In this document: positions 27,800 through 37,060 of the stretch, piece by piece
How positions within the stretch are numbered: the stretch's first letter is position 1
Layout: each line of letters starts with the position of its first letter
NCBI GenBank assembly: GCA_045643985.1
Contig: JAZRGC010000087.1
Location: 1-41,010 of the forward strand
DNA: 41,010 nt
Origin: Clostridia bacterium
GTDB taxonomy: Bacteria > Bacillota > Clostridia > Christensenellales > CAG-917
Direction of reading: 5' to 3'
Position numbers and translations under genes: made by a program
The notes under the pieces: model-generated
The model's input: only the letters and a program-made list of their open reading frames with translations
Databases searched by the model: none
Told to the model about the DNA's origin: nothing

Positions 27800-29509
27800 T
27801 TATTCTCCAATGTTTTCTTCGATTGTATTTTCTTCGGTTGTGTTTTCGTCGGCAACTGGGATGATTTCATCTTCCACAGGAGTGTCAAAATCTTCCACAT
27901 CCTTTTGATTGTCAAGAAGGCTTGCTTCTGCTTGTTTCAATTCTTCTGCTTCTTCAGGAGTCAAAATGCGAGTGGTATATTTTTTGCCGTAAAGTTCGTG
28001 TATGAGTGCTTCACGTTCTGCCTTTTCTTCTTCGGTGATGTCTGCAAGTTTGCCTTCACGGTTGAGATCCATAAAATAGCGCATACGTTCAAGTTTCTTG
28101 TTAGTGACTCTAAACTTGAATGATGAGAACAATGAGATTGCAATGAGAGATGCAATCAAGATGCCCATAAGAAGACGGATTGCAAGGAGAACTTCGGGGG
28201 ATTGAACAATATATTCTGTTGCATTTTCATCGGTGATGTATCCAATTGGTGTAAGAATCCAACCAATCATGCCAACACTCAATGCGCCTGCAACTTTTCT
28301 CACAAGAGTCATCATGCCGGAGTAGGATGCAGTGGGACGCTCGCCTGTTGCAAATTCTGCAACGTCAACAGTGTCTGCAAAGATGATCCAAGGCATCATT
28401 TGTGCGCCACCGAAGCCAAGTCCCATTAAGAATGAGATGATAGGCACGAGGATAGGGGGTGCCCAAGAAGGATCCATAACTGCAAGGAGAATGCCACCAA
28501 CGATATAGAAGGGCAAACCGAAACGGAAAGCAAATTGCTTTGTCTTTTTGTTCATTGCATATCTCACAATGGGGAATGCAACCACTGCTGCCACCATCAA
28601 GGGTGCAACAATGAAAAGACTTGAAAATTCCATTCCAAACAGTTGATATCCGTGCCATACGTCAGTTGCATAGTAAACTGCAAGGGCAGAAAGCACGTCT
28701 GCACAGGCAAATGAACTTGCATACATGCCAATGTGCCAACGGAATGACTTGTTTTTGAAAGGGCCAGAATATCCTTTGATGAACTTTTTGAAGTCGAACT
28801 TTTCTTTGGGGGTTGTAGGTTGAATTCTTTCCTTGACCTTGAATGCAGAGATAATAAGACCACCACCAAAGAGAACACCAAATGCCACTGTGATGATCAC
28901 CCAAAATTCGTATGCATTGATTGATGGCAACAATGCTTCCCCGGCAGGGAGTGTGTATGCTTCTAGGACGAGCAATGGAACGAGGTATGCAAGCCCTGCA
29001 CCTGCTGCACTGAACACAAGTTTGATGGTGTTGGCATCATTTCTTGCTTGGAATGAAGGTGAAATGTCACCGGCAAGGGAGCAGTAGGGCACTTGCGAAA
29101 TGGTTGAAATGGTGTTCCAAAGGATATACATGATAACCATATAGGCAATCATACCATTCATATCCATGCCCCATTCCTTTATGGGAGCAAACAACAGGAA
29201 CAAGCCAAATATTGTCAAAACGCCACCGAGAAGAAGATAAGGTTTTCTTCTGCCGTATTTTGAACGGGTGTTGTCTGAGATGAATCCCATAATAGGATCA
29301 CTGATTGCATCCCAGAATTTTGCCACCATAAAAATTGTTGAAGCAATTGCAAATGAGATGCCAAGTGAGGTCATATATTTGACCAAAATGCAAGCCATAA
29401 GGGCAACGCCACCACCATCCATAAAAGCACCGGCGCCATAGGCAAGTTGCTCATTGAATGGAATGGCATCGGGGTCTTGCACAACAACTTTTTGTTTGTC
29501 TTTTGCCAT
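27800..29509 (-). CDS. GPH-family (glycoside-pentoside-hexuronide:cation symporter-like) MFS transporter with a long acidic C-terminal tail
   Basis: 569 aa with about 12 TM segments and the GPH-like motif DAISDPIMGFISDNTRSKYGRRKPY. The soluble tail of about 110 aa ends in DVEDFDTPVEDEIIPVADENTTEENTIEENIGE. Confidence 0.8.
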   Translation of the reverse strand: MAKDKQKVVVQDPDAIPFNEQLAYGAGAFMDGGGVALMACILVKYMTSLGISFAIASTIFMVAKFWDAISDPIMGFISDNTRSKYGRRKPYLLLGGVLTIFGLFLLFAPIKEWGMDMNGMIAYMVIMYILWNTISTISQVPYCSLAGDISPSFQARNDANTIKLVFSAAGAGLAYLVPLLVLEAYTLPAGEALLPSINAYEFWVIITVAFGVLFGGGLIISAFKVKERIQPTTPKEKFDFKKFIKGYSGPFKNKSFRWHIGMYASSFACADVLSALAVYYATDVWHGYQLFGMEFSSLFIVAPLMVAAVVAFPIVRYAMNKKTKQFAFRFGLPFYIVGGILLAVMDPSWAPPILVPIISFLMGLGFGGAQMMPWIIFADTVDVAEFATGERPTASYSGMMTLVRKVAGALSVGMIGWILTPIGYITDENATEYIVQSPEVLLAIRLLMGILIASLIAISLFSSFKFRVTNKKLERMRYFMDLNREGKLADITEEEKAEREALIHELYGKKYTTRILTPEEAEELKQAEASLLDNQKDVEDFDTPVEDEIIPVADENTTEENTIEENIGE

Positions 29510-29732
29510 AATTTTGAGTCCTTCTTTTAGTATTGTTTATGGTTTATTTCTTATATTAAATATAATACTACAATCCCCCTGCAAATTCAAGGATTATTTT
29601 ATCAAGTTTGCATTTTGTCAAAAATGGTGTTTTATTGTATGTTTTCGGCACTATAAACATTTTGTTTTGTCAATATTGAAATTTTGCCAAAATTGTATGA
29701 TACAAAGTCAGTGCCGTTGCATATAGTGATGT

Positions 29733-31016
29733 ATGAAATATTTTGGCACAGACGGAATAAGAAACAAAGCATCAAAAGTGCTCCCTTTGGCACTGCCTCT
29801 TGGATTGCAACTATCACAAAAACACAAAAGGGTTGCAGTGGCAAGAGATCCAAGAATATCATCTTTTGACATTGAAAAAGAGTTGGTCAAAGGACTATTG
29901 TCGGGGGGCGCAGATGTGCTTCTTTGTGGAGTGATGCCAACACCTGCACTTGCCTACGTTGTCAAAGAGCAGAGCATTGATTGCGCAGTGATGATAACTG
30001 CATCACACAACCCACCAGAGTATAATGGGTTGAAAGTTATGGGTGCAGACGGCAAGTTGAGTGAAGATGAGGAAAGGGAAATTGATGAGGGGCTTTCTCA
30101 CGTGAGTCTGTCCAATTCCTGCGCAAGTGGCAAGGTGGATATTTTGAGCAGTAGTGTCAGGGATTACAAACGACACGTCATATCACTTTTTTCGCATATC
30201 GATATGTCAAAACTGGACAGACCCATTTATCTTGACACTGCCCACGGATGTTTTTCATATATGGCAAAAGATGTTTTTGAAACTTTGGGTGCAAATGTTG
30301 TGGCAGTCAACAATGACTATGATGGGGAAAAAATAAATGAAAATTGTGGCGCAACTGCCATGGACAAGTTCCAATTGCAAATCCCCGACAGGGCAATAGG
30401 CTTTGCTTTTGACGGAGATGGGGATAGGGTGCTTGCAGTGGTTGATGGCAAAATCTATGACGGCGACCAAATTCTGTACAATCTTGCCACGTTTTACAAA
30501 TTAAAAAATCGCAACAATATTGGTGTTGTTGGCACAATTATGACAGGTGGTGGAGTTGAAAAAGCCCTTGAAAAGCAAAAATTGCAACTTTTCAGGGCAG
30601 ATGTGGGGGACAAGTATGTTGCTGAGATGATGAAGGACAAGGGGATAATTCTTGGTGGGGAAAGGAGTGGACATATCATAATTGGTGACAAAACATCAAC
30701 AGGGGACGGACTTGTGACGGCACTTGCATTTTTGGAATGTTATCTTGATGGAAGCCTGAAAAAAGTGCGAGAATATCCAACTGAAAACTACAATTTAGAA
30801 TGCGAAAATCCAAAGAAGTTGTTTGAGAGTGTGGAGTTTCAAGAGAAAATATGCAAATTTGTGGCAAAAATAGGCAAAAGGGGCAGGGTTATAGCCCGTC
30901 CAAGTGGCACAGAAAGTGTAGTTAGATTGACTATTGAGCGATATGACAATGGTTTAGAATGCGAAAAACTTGTCAAAGAAATGATTTTTGACAAAAGTTT
31001 ACAAAAAACGGAATAA
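29733..31016 (+). CDS. glmM: Phosphoglucosamine mutase-like alpha-D-phosphohexomutase
   Basis: MKYFGTDGIRN, the active-site ITASHNP, the metal site FDGDGDR, GGERSGH and RPSGTES. At 427 aa it is slightly shorter than a typical GlmM. Confidence 0.75.
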   Translation: MKYFGTDGIRNKASKVLPLALPLGLQLSQKHKRVAVARDPRISSFDIEKELVKGLLSGGADVLLCGVMPTPALAYVVKEQSIDCAVMITASHNPPEYNGLKVMGADGKLSEDEEREIDEGLSHVSLSNSCASGKVDILSSSVRDYKRHVISLFSHIDMSKLDRPIYLDTAHGCFSYMAKDVFETLGANVVAVNNDYDGEKINENCGATAMDKFQLQIPDRAIGFAFDGDGDRVLAVVDGKIYDGDQILYNLATFYKLKNRNNIGVVGTIMTGGGVEKALEKQKLQLFRADVGDKYVAEMMKDKGIILGGERSGHIIIGDKTSTGDGLVTALAFLECYLDGSLKKVREYPTENYNLECENPKKLFESVEFQEKICKFVAKIGKRGRVIARPSGTESVVRLTIERYDNGLECEKLVKEMIFDKSLQKTE

Positions 31017-31041
31017 TTTTTTGAGAAAAAACCGTTTTTTG
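31005..31041 (+). terminator. Putative terminator overlapping the glmM stop
   Basis: AAAACGG (31005-31011) pairs with CCGTTTT (31032-31038), followed by Ts. The loop is large (20 nt). Confidence 0.4.
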
Positions 31042-31093
31042 CAAGAAATTTGTAAAAAAATGAAAAATTTTTGAAAAATTCGCACAAAAAGTA

Positions 31094-31122
31094 TTGACAG
31101 AACAAATTGTCAATGTTAAGAT
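31094..31122 (+). promoter_or_regulatory. Near-consensus extended -10 promoter with no downstream ORF
   Basis: TTGACA (31094-31099), 17 nt, TAAGAT (31117-31122), with TG at 31114-31115. Confidence 0.6.
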
Positions 31123-31246
31123 ATGAGTGCAATCAAGTGATTGCCCAAAACAACTCATAATTTTCCCCCTTATCATAAGTAGAGAGTGCTGGCAGGTTTT
31201 GACCCCAGCACTCTTTACTTATTAGGTGAAAAGCAATCTGCGATTG

Positions 31247-31660
31247 CGTGATATTTCGCTTGCGCTCAGTGAAAAAATAATAACCACACTCAAATTAAGT
31301 GCGAACATATCAAGTGAATAACCACCCCTTCCTCATGTGTTTCCCCTCATTTGCTTGTGCAAAGGGGCAACACTCGGCGCGCGCACATTAAGGCTATACC
31401 ACTCATTATGCCACTTGTCGCTTGGTGAATTTTGAGTGGACCACCAGCGACTAGCGTACTTTCATCTGGTGCTCGGCACTCGATTTCTCGCCACCCTGTG
31501 GCTCGCGAAAGCAACTCCGTAACAAGTGAGTGCTTGTATAAGAACCCAACGAATGAGTGAGTGCGCATTTTTCAACCACAATGACACTCTGTGTCAATTC
31601 ATGCCGAAGGCAAATCATGACACGCAGTGTCAAATCATGGAGCGAAGGGAGAATTCGCTC
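31247..31660. repeat. Copy 2 of the interspersed ~0.4-kb non-coding element
   Basis: See copy 1. The 28-nt string at 31247-31274 is identical to 437-464, and the core 31298-31614 is the reverse complement of 471-875, with a 56-nt segment missing and a divergent central part. Confidence 0.8.
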
Positions 31661-31694
31661 AAAAAAAAGCACCCAAATGGGTGCTTTTCTTTTA
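31661..31694. terminator. Bidirectional rho-independent terminator (trxB and the candidate ncRNA)
   Basis: A8 run, AGCACCC (31668-31674), AAAT, GGGTGCT (31679-31685), then TTTTCTTTT. Confidence 0.8.
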
Positions 31695-31703
31695 CTTCAA
31701 GTT

Positions 31704-32600
31704 TTACATCAAATATTTTATTGCGCTTTCGGCGGCGATTGCTCCGTCTGCGCAGGCAGTGATGATTTGTCGTAGGGGTGTTTTTCGTATATCTCCTGCA
31801 ACAAACACACCTTTCACGTTGGTTGCCATATTTTCATCGGCAAGTATATAGCCATTTTCGGTTGCAAGTTTGTCTTGGAAAATGCGAGATGCAGGAGTTT
31901 GTCCCACTGCAACAAACATGCAAGCAACATCAATTGATGTTGACTCATTTGTTTTCAAGTTTTTCAAGTGCAGTTTTTCAAGGGGATTTCCTTCAAGGAT
32001 TTCGACTGCTGAATCCCACAAAATTTTCACTTTTGAACTGAGCAATTTTTCTTGAAGCACTTTGCTTGCACGGAGAGTATCTCTGCGATGAATGAGATAG
32101 ACTTCGCTTGCAAAATTGCTGAGATATAGGGCATCTTCAACAGCAGTATTGCCTCCGCCAACAACGGCAACAGGTCTATTTTTGAAAAATCTTCCATCGC
32201 AGGTTGCGCAGTAACTGACGCCATTGCCAATCAAATCTGCTTCTTTGGCAACACCCAATTTTCTTGCTTGTGCACCACAAGCGACAATCATTGTTTTTGC
32301 AGAAATGACACCACCATTCAAAGTGGTGACAGATTTTGTTTCTCCTTCCAAAACAACCTCTTCAACTTCGTCATAGACAAAAGTGACACCAAGGTTTTTG
32401 GCTTGTTCTTGCATATTGAAAGTGAGAGTGAAGCCGTCAATATTTTGTATGCCGGGGAAGTTTTCAATCTCCGGCGTGATGGCGGCTTGTCCACCAAAAG
32501 AGCGTCTTTCGACTATGACAGTTTTCAGTCCACCCCTTGCACCATATATGCCTGCTGTAAGCCCTGCAGGGCCTGCTCCTAAAATCAAAAGGTCGTACAT
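31704..32600 (-). CDS. trxB: Thioredoxin-disulfide reductase
   Basis: The start is moved to the ATG at 32600 (MYDLLILGAGPAGLTAG) with a GAGGTG Shine-Dalgarno. The redox-active CATCDG and the NADPH motif VVGGGNTAVE are present. Confidence 0.92.
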   Translation of the reverse strand: MYDLLILGAGPAGLTAGIYGARGGLKTVIVERRSFGGQAAITPEIENFPGIQNIDGFTLTFNMQEQAKNLGVTFVYDEVEEVVLEGETKSVTTLNGGVISAKTMIVACGAQARKLGVAKEADLIGNGVSYCATCDGRFFKNRPVAVVGGGNTAVEDALYLSNFASEVYLIHRRDTLRASKVLQEKLLSSKVKILWDSAVEILEGNPLEKLHLKNLKTNESTSIDVACMFVAVGQTPASRIFQDKLATENGYILADENMATNVKGVFVAGDIRKTPLRQIITACADGAIAAESAIKYLM

Positions 32601-32686
32601 ATTCACCTCAAAACCACAATTTGTTGAGTTTAGTATAAATAAAATGCCCACATTTAGTCAACTTTTTTCTTAAATGCAAAAAACTC

Positions 32687-32715
32687 TTTACAAAATATAT
32701 AATTAAAATTATAAT
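32687..32715 (+). promoter_or_regulatory. Putative asnS promoter
   Basis: TTTACA (32687-32692), 17 nt, TATAAT (32710-32715). Confidence 0.5.
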
Positions 32716-32782
32716 GTCTAAATGATAGTATTTTGAAAGGTATCGCATTTTTCAAAATCAAAGCCAAACATTAGGAGTTTTT

Positions 32783-34171
32783 ATGAAAAACATCGACATC
32801 ATTGACATTCTCACAAACGGCAAAGAGTACGAAGGCAAAAAAGTTGTGGTTGCAGGCTGGGCAAGAACAGCACGTGACAGCAAGACAATGGCATTTGTTG
32901 CACTCAACGATGGCACATCACTCAAGCATCTCCAAATCGTAATAGACAAAGCAAACTTTGATGCAAACGAACTTGCAAAGTGCTTGAAGAATGGCGCATC
33001 ACTTCTTGTTGAAGGCACAGTTGTCCCTGCAATGAATCAAGGGGACTATGAAATCAATGCAGAAACCATCGAACTTCTTGGCGATTGTCCCCAGGACTAT
33101 CCTTTGCAAAAGAAATATCATTCACTTGAATTCCTTCGCACAATCCCCCACCTTAGAGTGAGAACAAATACATTCAATGCAATGCTCCGTGTAAGAAGCA
33201 AACTCAGTTTTGCAATCCATCGTTTCTTCCAAGAAAATGGCTACACCTATATTCACACGCCCATCATCACAGGCAGTGACTGCGAAGGCGCAGGAGAAAT
33301 CTTCCATGTGACAACACACAACTACAACAGTGCAAAACTTTCAAAGGACGAAGCCGAATATATGGCAAACGACTTCTTTAGAAGAAAAGCAGGTCTTACA
33401 GTCAGTGGACAACTTGAAGGGGAAGTGGCAGCAATGGCAATGGGCAAGATTTACACCTTTGGCCCTACATTCCGTGCAGAAAACTCAAACACACCTCGTC
33501 ACGCAGCAGAATTTTGGCAAGTTGAGCCAGAAGTTGCATTCGCAAAACTCCCTGACATCATTGAGATTGCAGAAAAGATGATCAAATCAATCATCAAAGC
33601 AGTCCTTGACGAATGCCCCGAAGAAATCGCATTCTTTGAAAAGGCATTTGAAAGTGGTTTGAGAGAAAAACTCACATCAGTTGTGGAAAGTGAATTCAAA
33701 GTCCTTGACTACTCCGAAGCAATTGAAATCCTCAAGAAATCAGACGAAAAGTTTGTCTATCCTGTTGAATGGGGTCTTGACCTTCAATCAGAGCATGAAC
33801 GTTATATCACAGAAAAAGTGTTCAACAAGCCTGTGTTTGTCATCAACTATCCCAAGCACATCAAGAGTTTCTATATGAAGCAAAATGATGACGGCAAGAC
33901 AGTTGCAGCAACCGACCTTCTTGTGCCCGGTGTTGGCGAAATCATTGGATGCAGTGAAAGAGAAGCAGACTACGACAAGTTGAAGCAAGCAATGGTTGAC
34001 AGAAATATGAACCTTGACGACTACGTTGGATATATGGATCTCCGTAAGTACGGCAGTGTCCCCCACAGTGGATTTGGTCTTGGTCTTGAACGTATTATGA
34101 TGTACGTGACAGGCATTGCAAACATTCGTGACGTACAACTTTACGCAAGAACAACAGGGGACTTGATGTAA
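32783..34171 (+). CDS. asnS: Asparagine--tRNA ligase
   Basis: 462 aa, class IIb, with an OB-fold N-terminus (VVVAGWARTARDSK), motif 2/3 regions (FRAENSNTPRHAAEFWQVEPE, GFGLGLERI) and the AsnRS-typical length. Confidence 0.92.
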   Translation: MKNIDIIDILTNGKEYEGKKVVVAGWARTARDSKTMAFVALNDGTSLKHLQIVIDKANFDANELAKCLKNGASLLVEGTVVPAMNQGDYEINAETIELLGDCPQDYPLQKKYHSLEFLRTIPHLRVRTNTFNAMLRVRSKLSFAIHRFFQENGYTYIHTPIITGSDCEGAGEIFHVTTHNYNSAKLSKDEAEYMANDFFRRKAGLTVSGQLEGEVAAMAMGKIYTFGPTFRAENSNTPRHAAEFWQVEPEVAFAKLPDIIEIAEKMIKSIIKAVLDECPEEIAFFEKAFESGLREKLTSVVESEFKVLDYSEAIEILKKSDEKFVYPVEWGLDLQSEHERYITEKVFNKPVFVINYPKHIKSFYMKQNDDGKTVAATDLLVPGVGEIIGCSEREADYDKLKQAMVDRNMNLDDYVGYMDLRKYGSVPHSGFGLGLERIMMYVTGIANIRDVQLYARTTGDLM

Positions 34172-34193
34172 TCTACTTTGTAGATTGGATATT

Positions 34194-35204
34194 ATGAGCA
34201 ACTTAGTGATACCAGACAACTACAAGCCCAATATGAACGTCAGGGAAACCGAAAAGGCCATCAAGTTTGTCAAAGACGCTTTTCAAAGGAACTTTGTCAG
34301 AAACTTTGGTTTTGAACGTATTTCAGCCCCCATTATCGTGCGCAGTCACACAGGCGTCAATGATGACCTTAATGGTGTCGAAAGAGCAGTGCGCTTTGAA
34401 GTGAAGGAACAAGATTGTGTGGAGGCAGAAATTGTCCACTCTCTTGCCAAATGGAAGCGTCTTGCTTTGAAGAAATATCGTTTTCAAAGTGGCGAAGGCT
34501 TATATACAGATATGAATGCAATTCGTCGTGATGACAAATGCGACAATGTGCACTCAATATATGTTGACCAATGGGATTGGGAAATGGTCATATGCAGTGA
34601 GCAACGAAAGGAAGACTTTTTGAAACGTGTTGTGTTGAGAATTGTAGGCGCAATATGCGACACTCTTGACGAAACCAAAAAGGCATTTCCTGCAATCAAC
34701 GTTGATCTCAAAAGAGAAGTGAAATTCATCACCACTCAGCAACTGTTTGATCTCTATCCCGACAAAACAGCCCACGAAAGAGAAAGACTCATTGCAAAGG
34801 AATACGGCACAGTATTTTTGATGCAAATAGGCGCACCTTTGTCAAACGGAGAGCCCCACGATGGCAGAGCACCTGACTATGACGATTGGTCGCTCAACGG
34901 AGATATTCTCTTTTATGACTCAGTCCTTGATGACAGCATCGAAATCTCATCAATGGGCATAAGAGTTGACGGAAGCACCCTTATGAGCCAACTGAAAATG
35001 GCAGGGACTGAAGACAGACTCAAATATGACTACCACAAGCAAGTTGTGTCAGGAGAATTGCCCTTGACAATTGGCGGAGGCATTGGACAATCTCGTCTTT
35101 GTATGCTCCTGCTTGGCAAGGCACACATTGGCGAAGTGCAAGCAAGTTTGTGGCCAGACTCAATGATTGAAAGTTGCGAAGAAAAGGGAGTGCACCTTTT
35201 GTAA
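34194..35204 (+). CDS. asnA: Aspartate--ammonia ligase (asparagine synthetase A)
   Basis: Strong similarity to E. coli AsnA motifs: HSLAKWKR, SIYVDQWDWE, RAPDYDDWSLNGDIL, SSMGIRVD and GGGIGQSRL. The start could be ATG 34194 or the upstream TTG at 34185. Confidence 0.92.
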   Translation: MSNLVIPDNYKPNMNVRETEKAIKFVKDAFQRNFVRNFGFERISAPIIVRSHTGVNDDLNGVERAVRFEVKEQDCVEAEIVHSLAKWKRLALKKYRFQSGEGLYTDMNAIRRDDKCDNVHSIYVDQWDWEMVICSEQRKEDFLKRVVLRIVGAICDTLDETKKAFPAINVDLKREVKFITTQQLFDLYPDKTAHERERLIAKEYGTVFLMQIGAPLSNGEPHDGRAPDYDDWSLNGDILFYDSVLDDSIEISSMGIRVDGSTLMSQLKMAGTEDRLKYDYHKQVVSGELPLTIGGGIGQSRLCMLLLGKAHIGEVQASLWPDSMIESCEEKGVHLL

Positions 35205-35257
35205 AGCAACCAAAATAAAACCAAAAACAAAAAATTTTCAAATATACGGAAGTAATT

Positions 35258-37015
35258 ATGAAACTCAGAACTCACAATTGTGGCGAACTTAATGAACAAA
35301 ACGTTGGACAAAAAGTCAAACTTTGTGGTTGGCTTTCTTCAACACGTGACCTTGGCGCAGTGATCTTTTTCGTGCTCCGTGACTTCTACGGCTATACACA
35401 AGTTGTCGTGGCAGACGAAGATATGAAAGCACAAGTGAGAGATATTCCTCGTGAATCAACTATCTCAGTTGAAGGCAAAGTTATCTTGCGCTCATCACCC
35501 AACCCCGATATGCCCACAGGTATGATCGAAATCGAACCTGAAAAGGTTGAAATCCTTGGCAGATGTTATGACCAACTTCCTTTTGAAGTGGCAACAAGCA
35601 CAACATCAAGAGAAGACACACGTCTTAAATATCGTTTCTTGGACTTGAGAAACCCAGAAGTGAAGGATAAAATCGTATTTCGTGCAAAAGTGGTCAGTTG
35701 GCTTCGTAGAAAGATGACGGATATGGGATTCCTTGAAATCACCACACCTATCCTTACAAGTTCATCACCAGAAGGCGCAAGAGACTTCATCGTGCCTTCA
35801 AGACTTCACCCCGGCAGATTCTATGCATTGCCTCAAGCACCCCAACAATACAAGCAATTGTTGATGACTTCAGGCTTTGACAAATATTTCCAAATTGCTC
35901 CTTGCTTTAGAGATGAAGATGCAAGAGCAGACCGTAGCCCCGGCGAATTTTATCAACTTGACACAGAAATGTGCTTTGCAACACAAGATGACGTCTTTGA
36001 AGTTATGGAAGAAGTGCTTTCAGGCGTCTTTGCAGAGTTCAGCCCCAAGGGATACTCAGTTGACAAAGGACCTTTCCGCCGCATCAAGTATGCAGATGCA
36101 ATCCGTGACTATGGCTCAGACAAACCCGACCTTAGAAACCCCCTTATCATCAAGGACGTCACAGATATTCTTGAAGAAAAAGCACCTTTCTTTGAAAAGG
36201 GCAAGGTTATCAAGGCAATCGCAGTCAACGGCGTCAATGCAGGCAGAAAGTTTATTGATGCATTGACCGAAAAGATGAAACTCAATGGCGCAAGCAATAT
36301 GTACTGGTTCAAACTTGATGAACAAGGCGCACTTGCAGGTGGCATTGCAAAGTTTGCAGTTGATGACAAAGATGCACTTGTTGAAAGACTTGGTCTTGAA
36401 AACGGCGCATTTGTGGCACTTGTTGCAGAAGAAAAGAATGTTGCTTGGAAGCAAGCAGGTTATCTCCGTACCGAACTTGGTGTTGGATTTGATCTTCTTG
36501 AAAAGAATGCATTCCGTTTCTGCTGGATTGTTGACTTCCCCATGTACGAACTCAATGACGAAGGACAAATCGAATTCAGCCACAATCCTTTCAGTATGCC
36601 CCAAGGTGGTCTTGAAGCACTGAACACAATGGATCCCCTTGACATCCTTGCATATCAATATGACAGTGTTGTCAATGGTGTGGAACTTTCAAGTGGCGCA
36701 GTGAGAAACCACGAGCCTGCAATTATGGAAAGAGCATTTGAAATTGCAGGATATGGCGTTGACGTCATTGAACAAAAGTTCTCAGCACTCTACAATGCAT
36801 TCAAGTTTGGTGCACCTCCTCACGCAGGCATCGCACCCGGTGTTGACCGTATGGTTATGCTCCTTGCAGCAGAGCAAAGCATAAGAGAAATCATCGTGTT
36901 CCCTATGGATAGAAATGCAAGAGATATTTTGATGGGCGCACCCAGCACCGTCACAGAACAACAACTGAGAGATGTCCACATCAAAATCGACATCAAAGAG
37001 GAAAAGAAAGACTAA
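35258..37015 (+). CDS. aspS: Aspartate--tRNA ligase (bacterial type)
   Basis: 585 aa with OB-fold MKLRTHNCGEL...V.L.GW, the class II motifs FRDEDARADRSPEFYQLD and GIAPGVDRMVM, and the bacterial GAD insertion domain. Confidence 0.95.
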   Translation: MKLRTHNCGELNEQNVGQKVKLCGWLSSTRDLGAVIFFVLRDFYGYTQVVVADEDMKAQVRDIPRESTISVEGKVILRSSPNPDMPTGMIEIEPEKVEILGRCYDQLPFEVATSTTSREDTRLKYRFLDLRNPEVKDKIVFRAKVVSWLRRKMTDMGFLEITTPILTSSSPEGARDFIVPSRLHPGRFYALPQAPQQYKQLLMTSGFDKYFQIAPCFRDEDARADRSPGEFYQLDTEMCFATQDDVFEVMEEVLSGVFAEFSPKGYSVDKGPFRRIKYADAIRDYGSDKPDLRNPLIIKDVTDILEEKAPFFEKGKVIKAIAVNGVNAGRKFIDALTEKMKLNGASNMYWFKLDEQGALAGGIAKFAVDDKDALVERLGLENGAFVALVAEEKNVAWKQAGYLRTELGVGFDLLEKNAFRFCWIVDFPMYELNDEGQIEFSHNPFSMPQGGLEALNTMDPLDILAYQYDSVVNGVELSSGAVRNHEPAIMERAFEIAGYGVDVIEQKFSALYNAFKFGAPPHAGIAPGVDRMVMLLAAEQSIREIIVFPMDRNARDILMGAPSTVTEQQLRDVHIKIDIKEEKKD

Positions 37016-37060
37016 TATTTTTTGTTGCAGTAATTCAAATCACCCATATGAGGTATTTCT

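Larger units (their letters stand above)
31129..31694 (+). ncRNA. Candidate ~0.56-kb non-coding transcript containing repeat copy 2
   Basis: It is bounded by the promoter at 31094-31122 and the terminator at 31668-31694. There is no ORF with an RBS and no ORF shared with copy 1. Stem-loops are preserved between the copies, for example CCCC-TCA-TTTGC-loop-GCAAA-GGGG at 31343-31367 versus 806-830 with different loops. I recognise no RNA family. Confidence 0.35.
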
